A stretch of DNA of 64,000 bases from a virus: IMG/VR virus record IMGVR_UViG_3300045988_174665. One strand, written 5' to 3'. The translations under genes were made by a program, and so were the position numbers. A model generated the notes under the pieces. It made no database searches. It worked only from the letters and a program-made list of their open reading frames with translations, and was not told where the DNA came from. Every line of letters begins with the position of its first letter. The first letter of the stretch is position 1. Below are positions 31,658 to 40,071 of this stretch, piece by piece.

Positions 31658-31728
31658 GCGTCTAAACTTTGGATTGTTCTTTAGACGACAACCGTCTAAA
31701 ACTTAAAAACTAAAATCATTTTAGACGC
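31658..31728. repeat. boundary cassette 1 (four TTTAGACG half-sites)
   Basis: GCGTCTAAA 31658-66; TTAGACGACAACCGTCTAA 31681-99; TTTAGACGC 31720-28. Terminator hairpin 31621-47 upstream. TTGACA 31749-54 / TATAAT 31772-77 downstream. Confidence 0.85.
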
Positions 31729-31809
31729 AAAATTAATTATAAATTCTATTGACAAATTCAAATTTATAGTGTATAATATATTCATAAGATAAGGAAAGAG
31801 GTGAAAGCA

Positions 31810-32058
31810 ATGACAATCGCAGTAATGATAATTTTAACAAGTTTGATAACTTGGCTTCTTCTTGACATAATCCTTGCTATTTATGACTATAATAAAAATC
31901 AATTTTATATGTGGGAAGATTGGTACACTTTTATAGTATTTTTCCCTTATTTGATTTTTATTTGCCCATTTGGTATGGCAATTTGTACAATAAAGAAAAT
32001 TCTTCGTAACTACAGAAAAGAAAGAAAATATAATTCAAAACATAGAAAGGATAGATAA
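31810..32058 (+). CDS. small two-TM membrane protein (paralog family 1)
   Basis: ORF 31801..32058. The ATG at 31810 follows a GAAAGAGG RBS. Paralog of 31178..31387. Confidence 0.55.
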   Translation: MTIAVMIILTSLITWLLLDIILAIYDYNKNQFYMWEDWYTFIVFFPYLIFICPFGMAICTIKKILRNYRKERKYNSKHRKDR

Positions 32059-32060
32059 TA

Positions 32061-32200
32061 ATGACCGCTGGAGCATTTGTACTTGTAATATATTTTGGGT
32101 TCTTATTTCTTTTTACCCTCGCAAATCGTTAATTTGTGCAATAAAGAAAACCATTCATAAGTATAAGAAAAATAATTCAAAACATAGGAAGGATTGATAA
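32061..32200 (+). pseudogene. degenerate third copy of the membrane-protein family
   Basis: A 23-codon hydrophobic ORF (32061-32132) is followed by about 70 nt (32132-32205) that is roughly 80 percent identical by eye to the 3' end of 31810..32058, including the aattcaaaacatag[a/g]aagga...taataATG junction. Confidence 0.45.
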
Positions 32201-32202
32201 TA

Positions 32203-32424
32203 ATGAAAGCAACTTATATTAGAGAATTAGTAATCACCACAGAAGAAATCGAAACAATTACAAGAGGTCTTGAAAAACTTGAAGAATTTATAGATAGTGC
32301 TAACGAGTTGGAACTTGACCTTTTTGACATTTACGAAATGGATACTATTTCAAGCTTACGCAACAGGGCGGAAGATAACGACTTATTTCTTGATGATAAT
32401 ATTACAATTAAAGAAACGGAGTAA
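32203..32424 (+). CDS. small, highly acidic early protein
   Basis: ORF 32194..32424. ATG at 32203 follows AGGAAGGA. D/E-rich along its whole length. Confidence 0.5.
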   Translation: MKATYIRELVITTEEIETITRGLEKLEEFIDSANELELDLFDIYEMDTISSLRNRAEDNDLFLDDNITIKETE

Positions 32425-32450
32425 TCCGTTTCTTTTTTTTACCTTGTTTT

Positions 32451-32522
32451 GCGTCTAAACTTTTAATTTACTTCTTAGACGGCAACCGTCTAAAGTTATT
32501 TAATCAAAATCAATTTAGACGC
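32451..32522. repeat. boundary cassette 2
   Basis: GCGTCTAAA 32451-59; TTAGACGGCAACCGTCTAA 32475-93; TTTAGACGC 32514-22. Terminator 32413-40. Promoter TTGACA 32564-69 / TATAAT 32587-92. Confidence 0.85.
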
Positions 32523-32624
32523 AAAATCACTAAAAATTTTTTAAAATTTTTTTTAAAAAACTATTGACAAATTCAATTTTATAATGTATAATTAGTATAT
32601 CAAATAAAGAAAGAGGTTTTCACT

Positions 32625-33077
32625 ATGACAACTATCGCAACAATTTTAACTACCTTAATTATATGTGCCGTGACAGGACTTTTACCTTTAATAATAGTCA
32701 AAACTTATTTGGCTATTGAAAGTCATTTCATCAAGAAAGATATTTTAAATAATAAGTTCCTTTATCTGGCTTATTTAAATAAAGCCGAGGAAAGGGAAAA
32801 ATACGGTAGAAGAGCTTGGTACATTGGGAAAAGAAAAAAAGCTTTAAAAAATAAGGTTGATAACTATTACAATGAGATTCATTATTTACCAAAATATATG
32901 GTATCTTGTAAAGAAACAGAAATCGAACAGACTAAAATTTATATTAGTGAATGGGAAACTATCCGTCAACGCAACTGGGAAAAATTAGATAAAATTGATA
33001 CAGAATTAAATAAATGGAAAAAATTCCATTCATTAAAAACTTATGACGAGGAAAAAATCAGGCAGATACTTGCCTGA
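32625..33077 (+). CDS. membrane-anchored coiled-coil protein
   Basis: N-terminal TM segment (TIATILTTLIICAVTGLLPLIIV) followed by a charged helical region. Confidence 0.5.
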   Translation: MTTIATILTTLIICAVTGLLPLIIVKTYLAIESHFIKKDILNNKFLYLAYLNKAEEREKYGRRAWYIGKRKKALKNKVDNYYNEIHYLPKYMVSCKETEIEQTKIYISEWETIRQRNWEKLDKIDTELNKWKKFHSLKTYDEEKIRQILA

Positions 33078-33095
33078 TTTTTTTTATTGTAAATT

Positions 33096-33165
33096 GCGTC
33101 TAAACTTTAAGAAATTAAGACTTAGACGGCAACCGTCTAAAATAAAGAATTGAAAGTTTAGACGC
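33096..33165. repeat. boundary cassette 3
   Basis: GCGTCTAAA 33096-104; central inverted repeat 33122-40; TTTAGACGC 33157-65. Terminator 33057-87. Followed by an ORF-less promoter-leader (33208-36) and then an active promoter TTGACA 33315-20 / TATAAT 33338-43. Confidence 0.85.
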
Positions 33166-33420
33166 AAAATTACTCAAAAAATTTTTAAAAAATTTTTTAA
33201 AAAACTATTGACTTTTAAAAGTTTTTGCTATATAATATATACATAAGATAAAGAAAGGAAAGACAAAAACTTAAAAAACTTTTAAAAAAATTTTTAAAAA
33301 ATTTTAAAAAACTATTGACAAATAAAAAATTCTATGATATAATAAGTACAGAAAGTTAAGAGATTAACTTTTAAATAAAAATAGGGTTGCGACCTAACGC
33401 TAAAAAAGAAAGGATATATT

Positions 33421-33810
33421 ATGACAAACAGAGAATTTTTGAACAGCGTAATTAACAACAACATTGACACTGCCGTTATTGATTTTGCCGAAAATCAGCT
33501 TGCAAAGCTTGATGAACGCAATAAAAAGCGTTCAAGCACAATGAACGCAAGACAGAAAGAGAACGAAAGCATCAAGGCTGAAATTATTGATTTTATCAAG
33601 GAAAACGGTCAGAGTGTTGTCGCAAGTGAAATCGGCGAACAGTTCGGCTTTTCTACTCAGAAAGCAAGTGCATTGCTCAGACAGCTTGCTGAAAGTGGTA
33701 CGCTTGCCGTTGACACCGTAAAAATTCCAAAGAAAGGAAAGGTAAAGGCTTATAGCCTTGCGGGCAATGAAATGACTGCGGACACCGAAAACGATACCGA
33801 AAATGAATAA
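33421..33810 (+). CDS. winged-helix (wHTH) DNA-binding protein, paralog A
   Basis: 129 aa. The segment ...VASEIGEQFGFSTQKASALLRQLAESGTL... is HTH-like. Paralog of 40957..41316 (shared REF...N, KRN.KR, STQKASALLRQL and KIPKKGK). Confidence 0.6.
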   Translation: MTNREFLNSVINNNIDTAVIDFAENQLAKLDERNKKRSSTMNARQKENESIKAEIIDFIKENGQSVVASEIGEQFGFSTQKASALLRQLAESGTLAVDTVKIPKKGKVKAYSLAGNEMTADTENDTENE

Positions 33811-33856
33811 GTAAAAATAAGGTGGGCAACAGTCCACCTTATTTTTACCCAAATTT

Positions 33857-33933
33857 GCGTCTAAACTATTAGTTAAAAAATTTAGACGACAACCGTCTAA
33901 AGGTTATTTTATCGAAAAATAAACTTTAGACGC
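33857..33933. repeat. boundary cassette 4
   Basis: GCGTCTAAA 33857-65; TTAGACGACAACCGTCTAA 33882-900; TTTAGACGC 33925-33. Terminator 33817-46. Promoter TTGATT 33954-59 / TATAAT 33977-82. Confidence 0.85.
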
Positions 33934-34017
33934 AAAATTAACTTAAAAAACTATTGATTTTTTAAAAAATTTATTGTATAATTATTATAGAAAATAAAAG
34001 AAAGGAGTTTATCAAAA

Positions 34018-34455
34018 ATGAATATTATGGTAAAATCACAAATTGAACTTGACAAAATTCCACTCGATACAAAAGCACAAATTTCTATTAAATTTGGAAC
34101 TATTAAAAATCCCGCTGTTGTAAAAAATAAATATTTTTACAATATTTTAGTATATGGTAAAAGCGTGGTAAAAGTATATGGCAATAGCAATATTGTAGCA
34201 TTTGATAATAGTACTATTCTAACATATGATAATAGTATTGTTGAGGCATTTGGCAATAGTACTGTTATAGCTTGTAACAATAGTTTTGTTAGAACATATG
34301 ATAATAGCACTATTACAGCATATGATAATAGTATTGTTGAAGCATTTGATAATAGTACAGTTGAAGCATTTGACAATAGTACTATTATAGCTTGTCATAA
34401 TAGTTTTGTTAAAACATATGATAATAGTACTATTAAAGTATATAATAATGCTTAA
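34018..34455 (+). CDS. octapeptide-repeat protein (V.AFDNST periodicity)
   Basis: About 12 consecutive 8-aa repeats (IVAFDNST ILTYDNSI VEAFGNST VIACNNSF VRTYDNST ...). The antisense ORF 34137..34376 is an artefact of the repeat. Confidence 0.55.
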   Translation: MNIMVKSQIELDKIPLDTKAQISIKFGTIKNPAVVKNKYFYNILVYGKSVVKVYGNSNIVAFDNSTILTYDNSIVEAFGNSTVIACNNSFVRTYDNSTITAYDNSIVEAFDNSTVEAFDNSTIIACHNSFVKTYDNSTIKVYNNA

Positions 34456-34548
34456 AAAAATATTAAAAAAGTAATATAATTTTAATAAATAAATTAATTT
34501 TAAAAATAAACGATTTATCTAAAATCGTTTATTTTTTTAACTTAAATT

Positions 34549-34621
34549 GCGTCTAAACTATTAGTTAAGAATTTAGACGCTAACCGTCTAAAGCCATTTA
34601 ATTGAGATAGAGTTTAGACGC
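34549..34621. repeat. boundary cassette 5
   Basis: GCGTCTAAA 34549-57; TTAGACGCTAACCGTCTAA 34573-91; TTTAGACGC 34613-21. Terminator 34508-38. Followed by an ORF-less promoter-leader (TTGACA 34665-70 / TATAAT 34688-93) and then a second promoter at 34747-74. Confidence 0.85.
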
Positions 34622-34795
34622 AAAATTTGCCCTAAAAATTTTTTAAAAATTTTTTAAAAAGCTATTGACAAAATCAATTTTATAATGTATAATATATACA
34701 TAAGATAAAGAAAGGAAAAACAAGAAACTTAAAAAATTAAAAACTATTGATAAATAAAAAATCTATAATATAATAAATACAAAGGTGGAATTACA

Positions 34796-35089
34796 ATGAA
34801 AAAATTTGAGATTGAAACTATGCAAATAAACGAAACTATATATACAGAAAGTGTATTTGTGGGTACAGGTAGAGAAATATTAAATCTATACAAAAATTTA
34901 ATGAAGCACACCGAAAGAGTGTGTAATAAATGGGAAAACAATAACGGACTCCCATATGTTGATATAAGAGGAATCCAAGGTATAGAATTGTATCTCACAC
35001 AAGAATATTCCATAAACTGGACACCTCGTGTTCGGATTATGGGAAAGAATGAAACGGCAAAATTCCTATTAGAGAGATGTGAAATGTAG
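34796..35089 (+). CDS. hypothetical early protein
   Basis: 97-aa ORF with an AAAGGTGG RBS. Confidence 0.5.
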   Translation: MKKFEIETMQINETIYTESVFVGTGREILNLYKNLMKHTERVCNKWENNNGLPYVDIRGIQGIELYLTQEYSINWTPRVRIMGKNETAKFLLERCEM

Positions 35090-35177
35090 GAATCAGCCTA
35101 TTCTTTCAAAAAATAAAATAACAAAAATATAATCAAAGGGTGGGTAATAACTCACCTTTTATTTTTTATTATAATTT

Positions 35178-35253
35178 GCGTCTAAACTATTAATTAGACA
35201 AAGTTTAGACGATAGCCGTCTAAAGATTATTTTATTAAAACAACTTTAGACGA
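35178..35253. repeat. boundary cassette 6
   Basis: GCGTCTAAA 35178-86; TTAGACGATAGCCGTCTAA 35205-23; variant right arm TTTAGACGA 35245-53. Promoter TTGACT 35264-69 / TATAAT 35287-92. Confidence 0.8.
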
Positions 35254-35314
35254 AAAAAAAGTCTTGACTTTTAAAAGAAAATATATTATAATATAGTTAC
35301 AGAATAAAGAAAGG

Positions 35315-35761
35315 GTGCTTATTGTGACAGATGAAAGTTTAATGTTATTAGTATATTTTGGTGTTACCGCTTTTATACTTTTTGGAGTGCTATTTGAATT
35401 ACTATATAGCAAATTAAAATATATTAAAAAAATTAAAAAACAGCCACATAAATTCACGCAATTGTTGTATTATTATAATACAATACAAAAATACACTAAA
35501 ATGTGTATAGATTCACATAATATACTAATTAAAAAAATAACAGAACTAAATAATATATATAAAGCATTATTAACAGCAAGTAAAATAGAAGATATTGATA
35601 AAGTGACTTTATCAAAAAAAGTAGAAATTCAAAAACTTGTCATAAAAGACAACCTTTTGGAAACCTTGTTAAAAGAACAGGAAAATGCTTTTGAAGAATT
35701 AAAAAAAGAATTAAAAGTTGATAATTGTGATGAAAAACTAATTAAAAGGCTTACTAAATAA
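35315..35761 (+). CDS. membrane-anchored coiled-coil protein
   Basis: GTG start at 35315 or 35324. One TM segment followed by a K/E-rich helix. Confidence 0.45.
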   Translation: MLIVTDESLMLLVYFGVTAFILFGVLFELLYSKLKYIKKIKKQPHKFTQLLYYYNTIQKYTKMCIDSHNILIKKITELNNIYKALLTASKIEDIDKVTLSKKVEIQKLVIKDNLLETLLKEQENAFEELKKELKVDNCDEKLIKRLTK

Positions 35762-35783
35762 GCCTTTTATTTTTTGAAGAAAA

Positions 35784-35853
35784 GCGTCTAAACTATTATA
35801 ACCTTTAGACGGCAACCGTCTAAATCAGCTTTAAAATAAAAAAGTTTAGACGC
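35784..35853. repeat. boundary cassette 7
   Basis: GCGTCTAAA 35784-92; TTAGACGGCAACCGTCTAA 35805-23; TTTAGACGC 35845-53. Promoter TTGACT 35864-69 / TATAAT 35887-92. Confidence 0.85.
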
Positions 35854-35928
35854 AAAAATTATCTTGACTTTTTTAAAAAAATATATTATAATTACTATAG
35901 AAAATAAAAGAAAAGAGGAAATTCAAAA

Positions 35929-36357
35929 ATGATTTATTTCGATATGGACGGAACAATCGCAGACTTTTATGGTGTTAATGGTTGGCTTGATTGCTTAAAC
36001 AATGAGGACACAATGCCTTATAAAAGGGCTAAACCGTTAATAAAAATGAATGTTCTTGCAAGGGTATTAAACAATTTACAGAAAAGAGGTTTTGAAATCG
36101 GTATAATTTCTTGGACTGCTAAAGACAGTTCTGAAAGCTATCATAAAGCTGTCGCAAGAGAAAAAGAACAATGGTTGCATACTCATTTGAAAAGTGTAAA
36201 ATTTAATGAAATTAATATTCTTAAATATGGTGTTCCAAAAAGCACCGTAGCAACCGAAAACGATATTCTTTTTGATGACGACAAAAGAGTTAGAAAAGAA
36301 TTTTGCGGGCGGGCATTTGATGAAACAAAAATATTTGAAATCTTAAAGGCTCTTTAA
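35929..36357 (+). CDS. HAD-superfamily 5'(3')-deoxyribonucleotidase-like phosphatase
   Basis: N-terminal DMDGT (DxDxT) motif, a later SW motif and a C-terminal FDDD, arranged as in NT5C-type phage nucleotidases. Confidence 0.65.
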   Translation: MIYFDMDGTIADFYGVNGWLDCLNNEDTMPYKRAKPLIKMNVLARVLNNLQKRGFEIGIISWTAKDSSESYHKAVAREKEQWLHTHLKSVKFNEINILKYGVPKSTVATENDILFDDDKRVRKEFCGRAFDETKIFEILKAL

Positions 36358-36382
36358 AGAGCCTTTAATTTTGCTATAATTT

Positions 36383-36448
36383 GCGTCTAAACTGCCGCTG
36401 CGACTTAGACGCTAACCGTCTAAAATAAAGAATTAAAAGTTTAGACGC
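36383..36448. repeat. boundary cassette 8
   Basis: GCGTCTAAA 36383-91; TTAGACGCTAACCGTCTAA 36405-23; TTTAGACGC 36440-48. Promoter TTGACT 36491-96 / TATAAT 36514-19. Confidence 0.85.
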
Positions 36449-36549
36449 AAAATTCATTTTTAAAATTTTAAAAAATTTTCAAAAAACTATTGACTTTTTA
36501 AAGTTTTTACTATATAATATATACATAAGATAAAGAAAGGAAAATAACA

Positions 36550-36783
36550 ATGAAAAAGAAAAAGATATTTTGGGAACTTATGGGGTATATAACCTTAACA
36601 GGTTTAATTATCGGACAAATTACTGTAGGCTACTGGTATTTATTTGCACAGCTTATTTATTTATTTTGTAATGCAGTTAATGTGCTTAGGGATTTCTCAG
36701 AGCATATGCCATATTCTTATAGAGTAAAGGATATTTGTTTTACTGCTATTACAATTGGTTTAATTTGTCTTTGGATTTTTTAA
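36550..36783 (+). CDS. small multi-TM membrane protein
   Basis: 77 aa with three hydrophobic segments. Confidence 0.5.
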   Translation: MKKKKIFWELMGYITLTGLIIGQITVGYWYLFAQLIYLFCNAVNVLRDFSEHMPYSYRVKDICFTAITIGLICLWIF

Positions 36784-36797
36784 AGGGGAGAAAATAA

Positions 36798-37217
36798 ATG
36801 TTAAATAATATTTTATATATCGCTATTGCCGCACTTATTACAATAATTATGGTATGGATTATTGAAATTTTTATTTATATTTCTAAAGTAAAAAAGAATA
36901 AAAATATTTTCAAAAGAATTGTAAGGTTGGAAAGAAGAATTTCAATTTACAACAAAAAATTAAAAAAATTGCATACAAGTTATATTGCAGTTAAAGAGTT
37001 TGAAAAAATTACAGCCAATAGCTATTATAATAAAAAGTCCTCTTTCGCTGAATATAGTAGAGATATGGACAAAACATTAGATATTATGGAATTGATACAA
37101 ATTACTATAAAAACTATTACAATAAGAAAACAAGAGGCAGAGAGAGAACGAAAAAGATTACAAGGCATTATAAAGGTTGATAAATTAAGATTTAAAATAA
37201 TTGCAAGGTTCATTTGA
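36798..37217 (+). CDS. membrane-anchored basic coiled-coil protein
   Basis: N-terminal TM segment followed by a K/R-rich helix. GGGGAG RBS. Confidence 0.5.
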   Translation: MLNNILYIAIAALITIIMVWIIEIFIYISKVKKNKNIFKRIVRLERRISIYNKKLKKLHTSYIAVKEFEKITANSYYNKKSSFAEYSRDMDKTLDIMELIQITIKTITIRKQEAERERKRLQGIIKVDKLRFKIIARFI

Positions 37218-37243
37218 GCCTTGCTTTTTATTTTCGTCAAAAA

Positions 37244-37376
37244 GCGTCTAAATCTTTAAGTTTCAGGGTTTAGACGCTAACCGTCTAAATTTTATTTTAA
37301 GATTTTAGACGCAAAAATTTGCTTTCTTTATAAAATTTTATTATAATTATCTTAAAGAAAAAGAAATTTTAGACGC
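37244..37376. repeat. boundary cassette 9 (with extra right arm)
   Basis: GCGTCTAAA 37244-52; TTAGACGCTAACCGTCTAA 37270-88; TTTAGACGC 37304-12. A further TTTAGACGC at 37368-76 follows a leader-like remnant. Promoter TTGACA 37416-21 / TATAAT 37439-44. Confidence 0.8.
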
Positions 37377-37477
37377 AAATTTTTTAGAAATTCTAAAATT
37401 ATTTTTAAAAAACTATTGACAAACTAAAATTTCTAATGTATAATATAATTGAAATTAAAAGAAAGGTGGCTACTTTT

Positions 37478-37837
37478 ATGGCAACACGCAAACAATTGAG
37501 AGAAGAAATCAAAAAGCATTATATGGAAAAATTCATTGACTTTTTGGATAAAAGTGGTGAAGATGTTTTGATTGTAGGTTCAAACAAGCTGGCTTTCCCT
37601 GTTACTGACAGCGAAAACAATGAAGATTTTATCGAGCTTACAATTAAAATTCCGATAGGTGCTAATAAAGGCACTGAACCATATGATGGATATGCAATGG
37701 CGGAAGACTACGAAATCCATCAGCGTGAAATGGCTGAAAAGAAAGAGAAAGCTAAGAAACTCAAAGAAGAAAAAATCAAAAGAGATAAGTTGTACAGAGA
37801 AAACAAAAAAAGACAGAAAGAAGGAAGAGCGGTTTAA
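37478..37837 (+). CDS. hypothetical protein, paralog family 2 (GANKGTEPYDGYAMAEDYE motif)
   Basis: ORF 37436..37837, whose first ATG lies inside the -10 box. Start set to 37478 after AAAGGTGG. Paralog of 38969..39331. Confidence 0.55.
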   Translation: MATRKQLREEIKKHYMEKFIDFLDKSGEDVLIVGSNKLAFPVTDSENNEDFIELTIKIPIGANKGTEPYDGYAMAEDYEIHQREMAEKKEKAKKLKEEKIKRDKLYRENKKRQKEGRAV

Positions 37838-37877
37838 CCGCTCTTTTTTTAAAACCTTTTTAAATTTGCGTCTAAAC

Positions 37878-37949
37878 TATTAATTAGACAAAGTTTAGAC
37901 GGTTGCCGTCTAAAGGTTAAAGATTAGAACTTTAGACGCAAAATTTGCC
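37878..37949. repeat. boundary cassette 10 (central spacer inverted)
   Basis: GCGTCTAAA 37878-86; TTAGACGGTTGCCGTCTAA 37905-23, with core GGTTGCC instead of GGCAACC; TTTAGACGC 37941-49. Promoter TTGACA 37984-89 / TATAAT 38007-12. Confidence 0.85.
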
Positions 37950-38044
37950 TTAAAAAAATTTTTAAAAAACTTTTAAAAAACTATTGACAAAATCAATTTT
38001 ATAGTGTATAATAAGTACATAAATTAAAGAAAGGGTGTTCAAAA

Positions 38045-38722
38045 ATGAACGAGATAAAAATTGATAAACGAAAAAATTATTATATGGTGTTTGATACGGA
38101 AACATCAAATTCACTTGATGACCCGATTATGTATGACTTGGGCGGTGCTATCATTGATAAAAAAGGTCAAGTATATGAAACATTTTCTTTTGTAATATGG
38201 GATACTTTCTGTAATATGCGAGAGCTGATGAAAACTGCTTATTATTACGAAAAAGTACCGCAATACTGGGACGAAATCAAAAGCGGTCAGCGTAAAATCG
38301 TATCACTTTTTACTGCAAAAAAATATTTTTATGACTTATGCAAAAAGTATAATGTAACGGCTATTATGGCACATAACGCAAGGTTTGATTATAAGTCAAC
38401 TAATGGTACTTTACGCTACTTGACAAAATCAAAATACCGCTATTTTTTGCCGTATGGCATACCACTATGGGACACTTTAAGAATGGCAAAAAGTACGGTG
38501 TGCAAACAAAAGTCATATATAAAGTGGTGCAATAAATACGGTTATGTACAAAAAAACGGTCAGGTCAGGGCAACGGCTGAAATTTTATACCGTTATATGG
38601 TAGGTAATAACAATTATACAGAGTGCCACACTGGACTTGAAGATGTGTTAATTGAAAAAGAAATTTTTGTGTGGTGTATGCGACAGCACAAAAAAATGAA
38701 TAAAAATTGTTTTAAGAAATAA
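38045..38722 (+). CDS. DnaQ-like DEDDh 3'-5' exonuclease
   Basis: Motifs FDTET (ExoI), HNARFD (ExoII) and H..LED (ExoIII) in the canonical order. Confidence 0.7.
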   Translation: MNEIKIDKRKNYYMVFDTETSNSLDDPIMYDLGGAIIDKKGQVYETFSFVIWDTFCNMRELMKTAYYYEKVPQYWDEIKSGQRKIVSLFTAKKYFYDLCKKYNVTAIMAHNARFDYKSTNGTLRYLTKSKYRYFLPYGIPLWDTLRMAKSTVCKQKSYIKWCNKYGYVQKNGQVRATAEILYRYMVGNNNYTECHTGLEDVLIEKEIFVWCMRQHKKMNKNCFKK

Positions 38723-38786
38723 GGGCAATCGCCCTTATTTTTTTACTTTAATACTTTAACACTTTAAAGCATTAAAATCTCAAATT

Positions 38787-38862
38787 CCGTCTAAACCGCA
38801 ACGCCTAAGTTGAATTTTAGACGACAACCGTCTAAGTTTTTAACTGCTCAAAGTTTAGACGC
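38787..38862. repeat. boundary cassette 11
   Basis: Variant left arm CCGTCTAAA 38787-95; TTAGACGACAACCGTCTAA 38817-35; TTTAGACGC 38854-62. Promoter TTGACA 38908-13 / TATAAT 38931-36. Confidence 0.8.
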
Positions 38863-38968
38863 AAAACTCCTTTTAAAAAATTTTTTAAAAAAACTTTTAA
38901 AAAACTATTGACAAAATAGGCTTTATAGTATATAATATATACATAAGATAAAGAGAGGAGTTAATCTA

Positions 38969-39331
38969 ATGAAAGTTTCAAGAAAGGTATTGCGTGACAA
39001 AAAGCGTAATGAATATGTCGAATTACTAACCGAGTTATTAAAACCCCGTGAAGATGTTTTGCGAGTCGGCAGTAATGAGATTGCCTTTCCGATTGTTGAT
39101 GACGAGGGCAACGAGGATTTTATTGTAATCACCGTCAAAGTACCGACTGGAGCAAATAAGGGAACAGAACCCTATGACGGCTATGCAATGGCGGAGGACT
39201 ATGAAATGCACCTCAAAGAAAAAGCCGAGAAAAAAGCAAAAGCCGAAAAAGCAAAGGCTGAAAAAATTGCCCGTGATAAGGCATATCGAGAGGCAAAAAA
39301 GAAGCAAAAAGAAAAAAGAGTAGAGCAGTAA
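38969..39331 (+). CDS. hypothetical protein, paralog family 2
   Basis: Shares ...VGSN.(L/I)AFP(V/I).D.E.NEDFI..T.K(I/V)P.GANKGTEPYDGYAMAEDYE.H and a K/E-rich tail with 37478..37837. Confidence 0.55.
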   Translation: MKVSRKVLRDKKRNEYVELLTELLKPREDVLRVGSNEIAFPIVDDEGNEDFIVITVKVPTGANKGTEPYDGYAMAEDYEMHLKEKAEKKAKAEKAKAEKIARDKAYREAKKKQKEKRVEQ

Positions 39332-39386
39332 TGCTCTACTTTTTTAGCCTATTACTTTAGTGCTTTAAAGCGTTGAAGTCTAAAAC

Positions 39387-39469
39387 CCGTCTAAACTGCC
39401 GTAACGATAAAGATTAAAGTTTAGACGACAACCGTCTAAAGTTAACCCATATTGAAAGAGTTTAGACGC
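39387..39469. repeat. boundary cassette 12
   Basis: CCGTCTAAA 39387-95; TTAGACGACAACCGTCTAA 39421-39; TTTAGACGC 39461-69. Promoter TTGACA 39504-09 / TATAAT 39527-32. Confidence 0.8.
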
Positions 39470-39567
39470 AAAATTTATTTTAAAAAAAATTTTCTAAAAA
39501 GACTTGACAAAATTTTCATTCTATGGTATAATTTATAAAGAATTAAAGAAAGGCGGTTTGATAACCA

Positions 39568-39939
39568 ATGCAACAAATTTATACAAGTAAATACGGCTCT
39601 ATTTTTTCACGCACTAAAATTCCGAAAAAAGAGGGCGACTATGTTTATTTTATTCAAATCGGAACAACAAACGAACGGCTTTTCAAAGTTGGCACAACAA
39701 ATAATGTACTGCGGAGAATGAAAGAACATAACAAATACTATAAAAAAGATATTTATATTTTGTGGGTATCGCCCTGTTACTCAAAATATACCACTTTAAG
39801 GGTAGAGGATAACACAAAAAAAATATGGTCAACATTAACGGGATTTACCTATAAAAGAAATGACCGTTTTATAATAAGTCCTGTTATAACCAAAGTACAA
39901 ATAAAAGTCAGAAAAATTTATGAGATTGCACTTGAATAA
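39568..39939 (+). CDS. GIY-YIG / T5orf172-like domain protein
   Basis: YVYFIQIG...KVGTTNNVLRRMKEH resembles the GIY...YIG...R..EH core. Weak call made by eye. Confidence 0.4.
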   Translation: MQQIYTSKYGSIFSRTKIPKKEGDYVYFIQIGTTNERLFKVGTTNNVLRRMKEHNKYYKKDIYILWVSPCYSKYTTLRVEDNTKKIWSTLTGFTYKRNDRFIISPVITKVQIKVRKIYEIALE

Positions 39940-39963
39940 AGTGCAATCTTTTTTTATTAATAG

Positions 39964-40071
39964 TTTAGACGGGTTTTTAAGTTTAGACGCAAAGATGTTT
40001 AGACGGGTGCCGTCTAAACTCGTCAAAATTTAAGGGGTGTCAAAATTCTTCTCTTGTCAATTTTTAGACGC
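39964..40071. repeat. boundary cassette 13 (rearranged, no promoter)
   Basis: TTTAGACGG 39964-72; TTTAGACGC 39982-90; TTAGACGGGTGCCGTCTAA 39999-40017; TTTAGACGC 40063-71. Confidence 0.7.

Noticed and set aside
34137-34376. Antisense ORFs within repeat genes (34137..34376 and 46299..46939), and 31147..31413 opposite the membrane-protein gene.
   Set aside because: Periodic repeats keep several frames open. The sense-strand genes have promoters, RBSs and terminators, and the antisense ORFs have none.
31658-40071. The regularly spaced TTTAGACG repeats could be mistaken for a CRISPR array.
   Set aside because: The repeats are 8-9 bp inverted half-sites in groups of four, not 25-40 bp direct repeats. 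The 'spacers' are 200-700 bp and contain genes with promoters and terminators. No cas genes are present.
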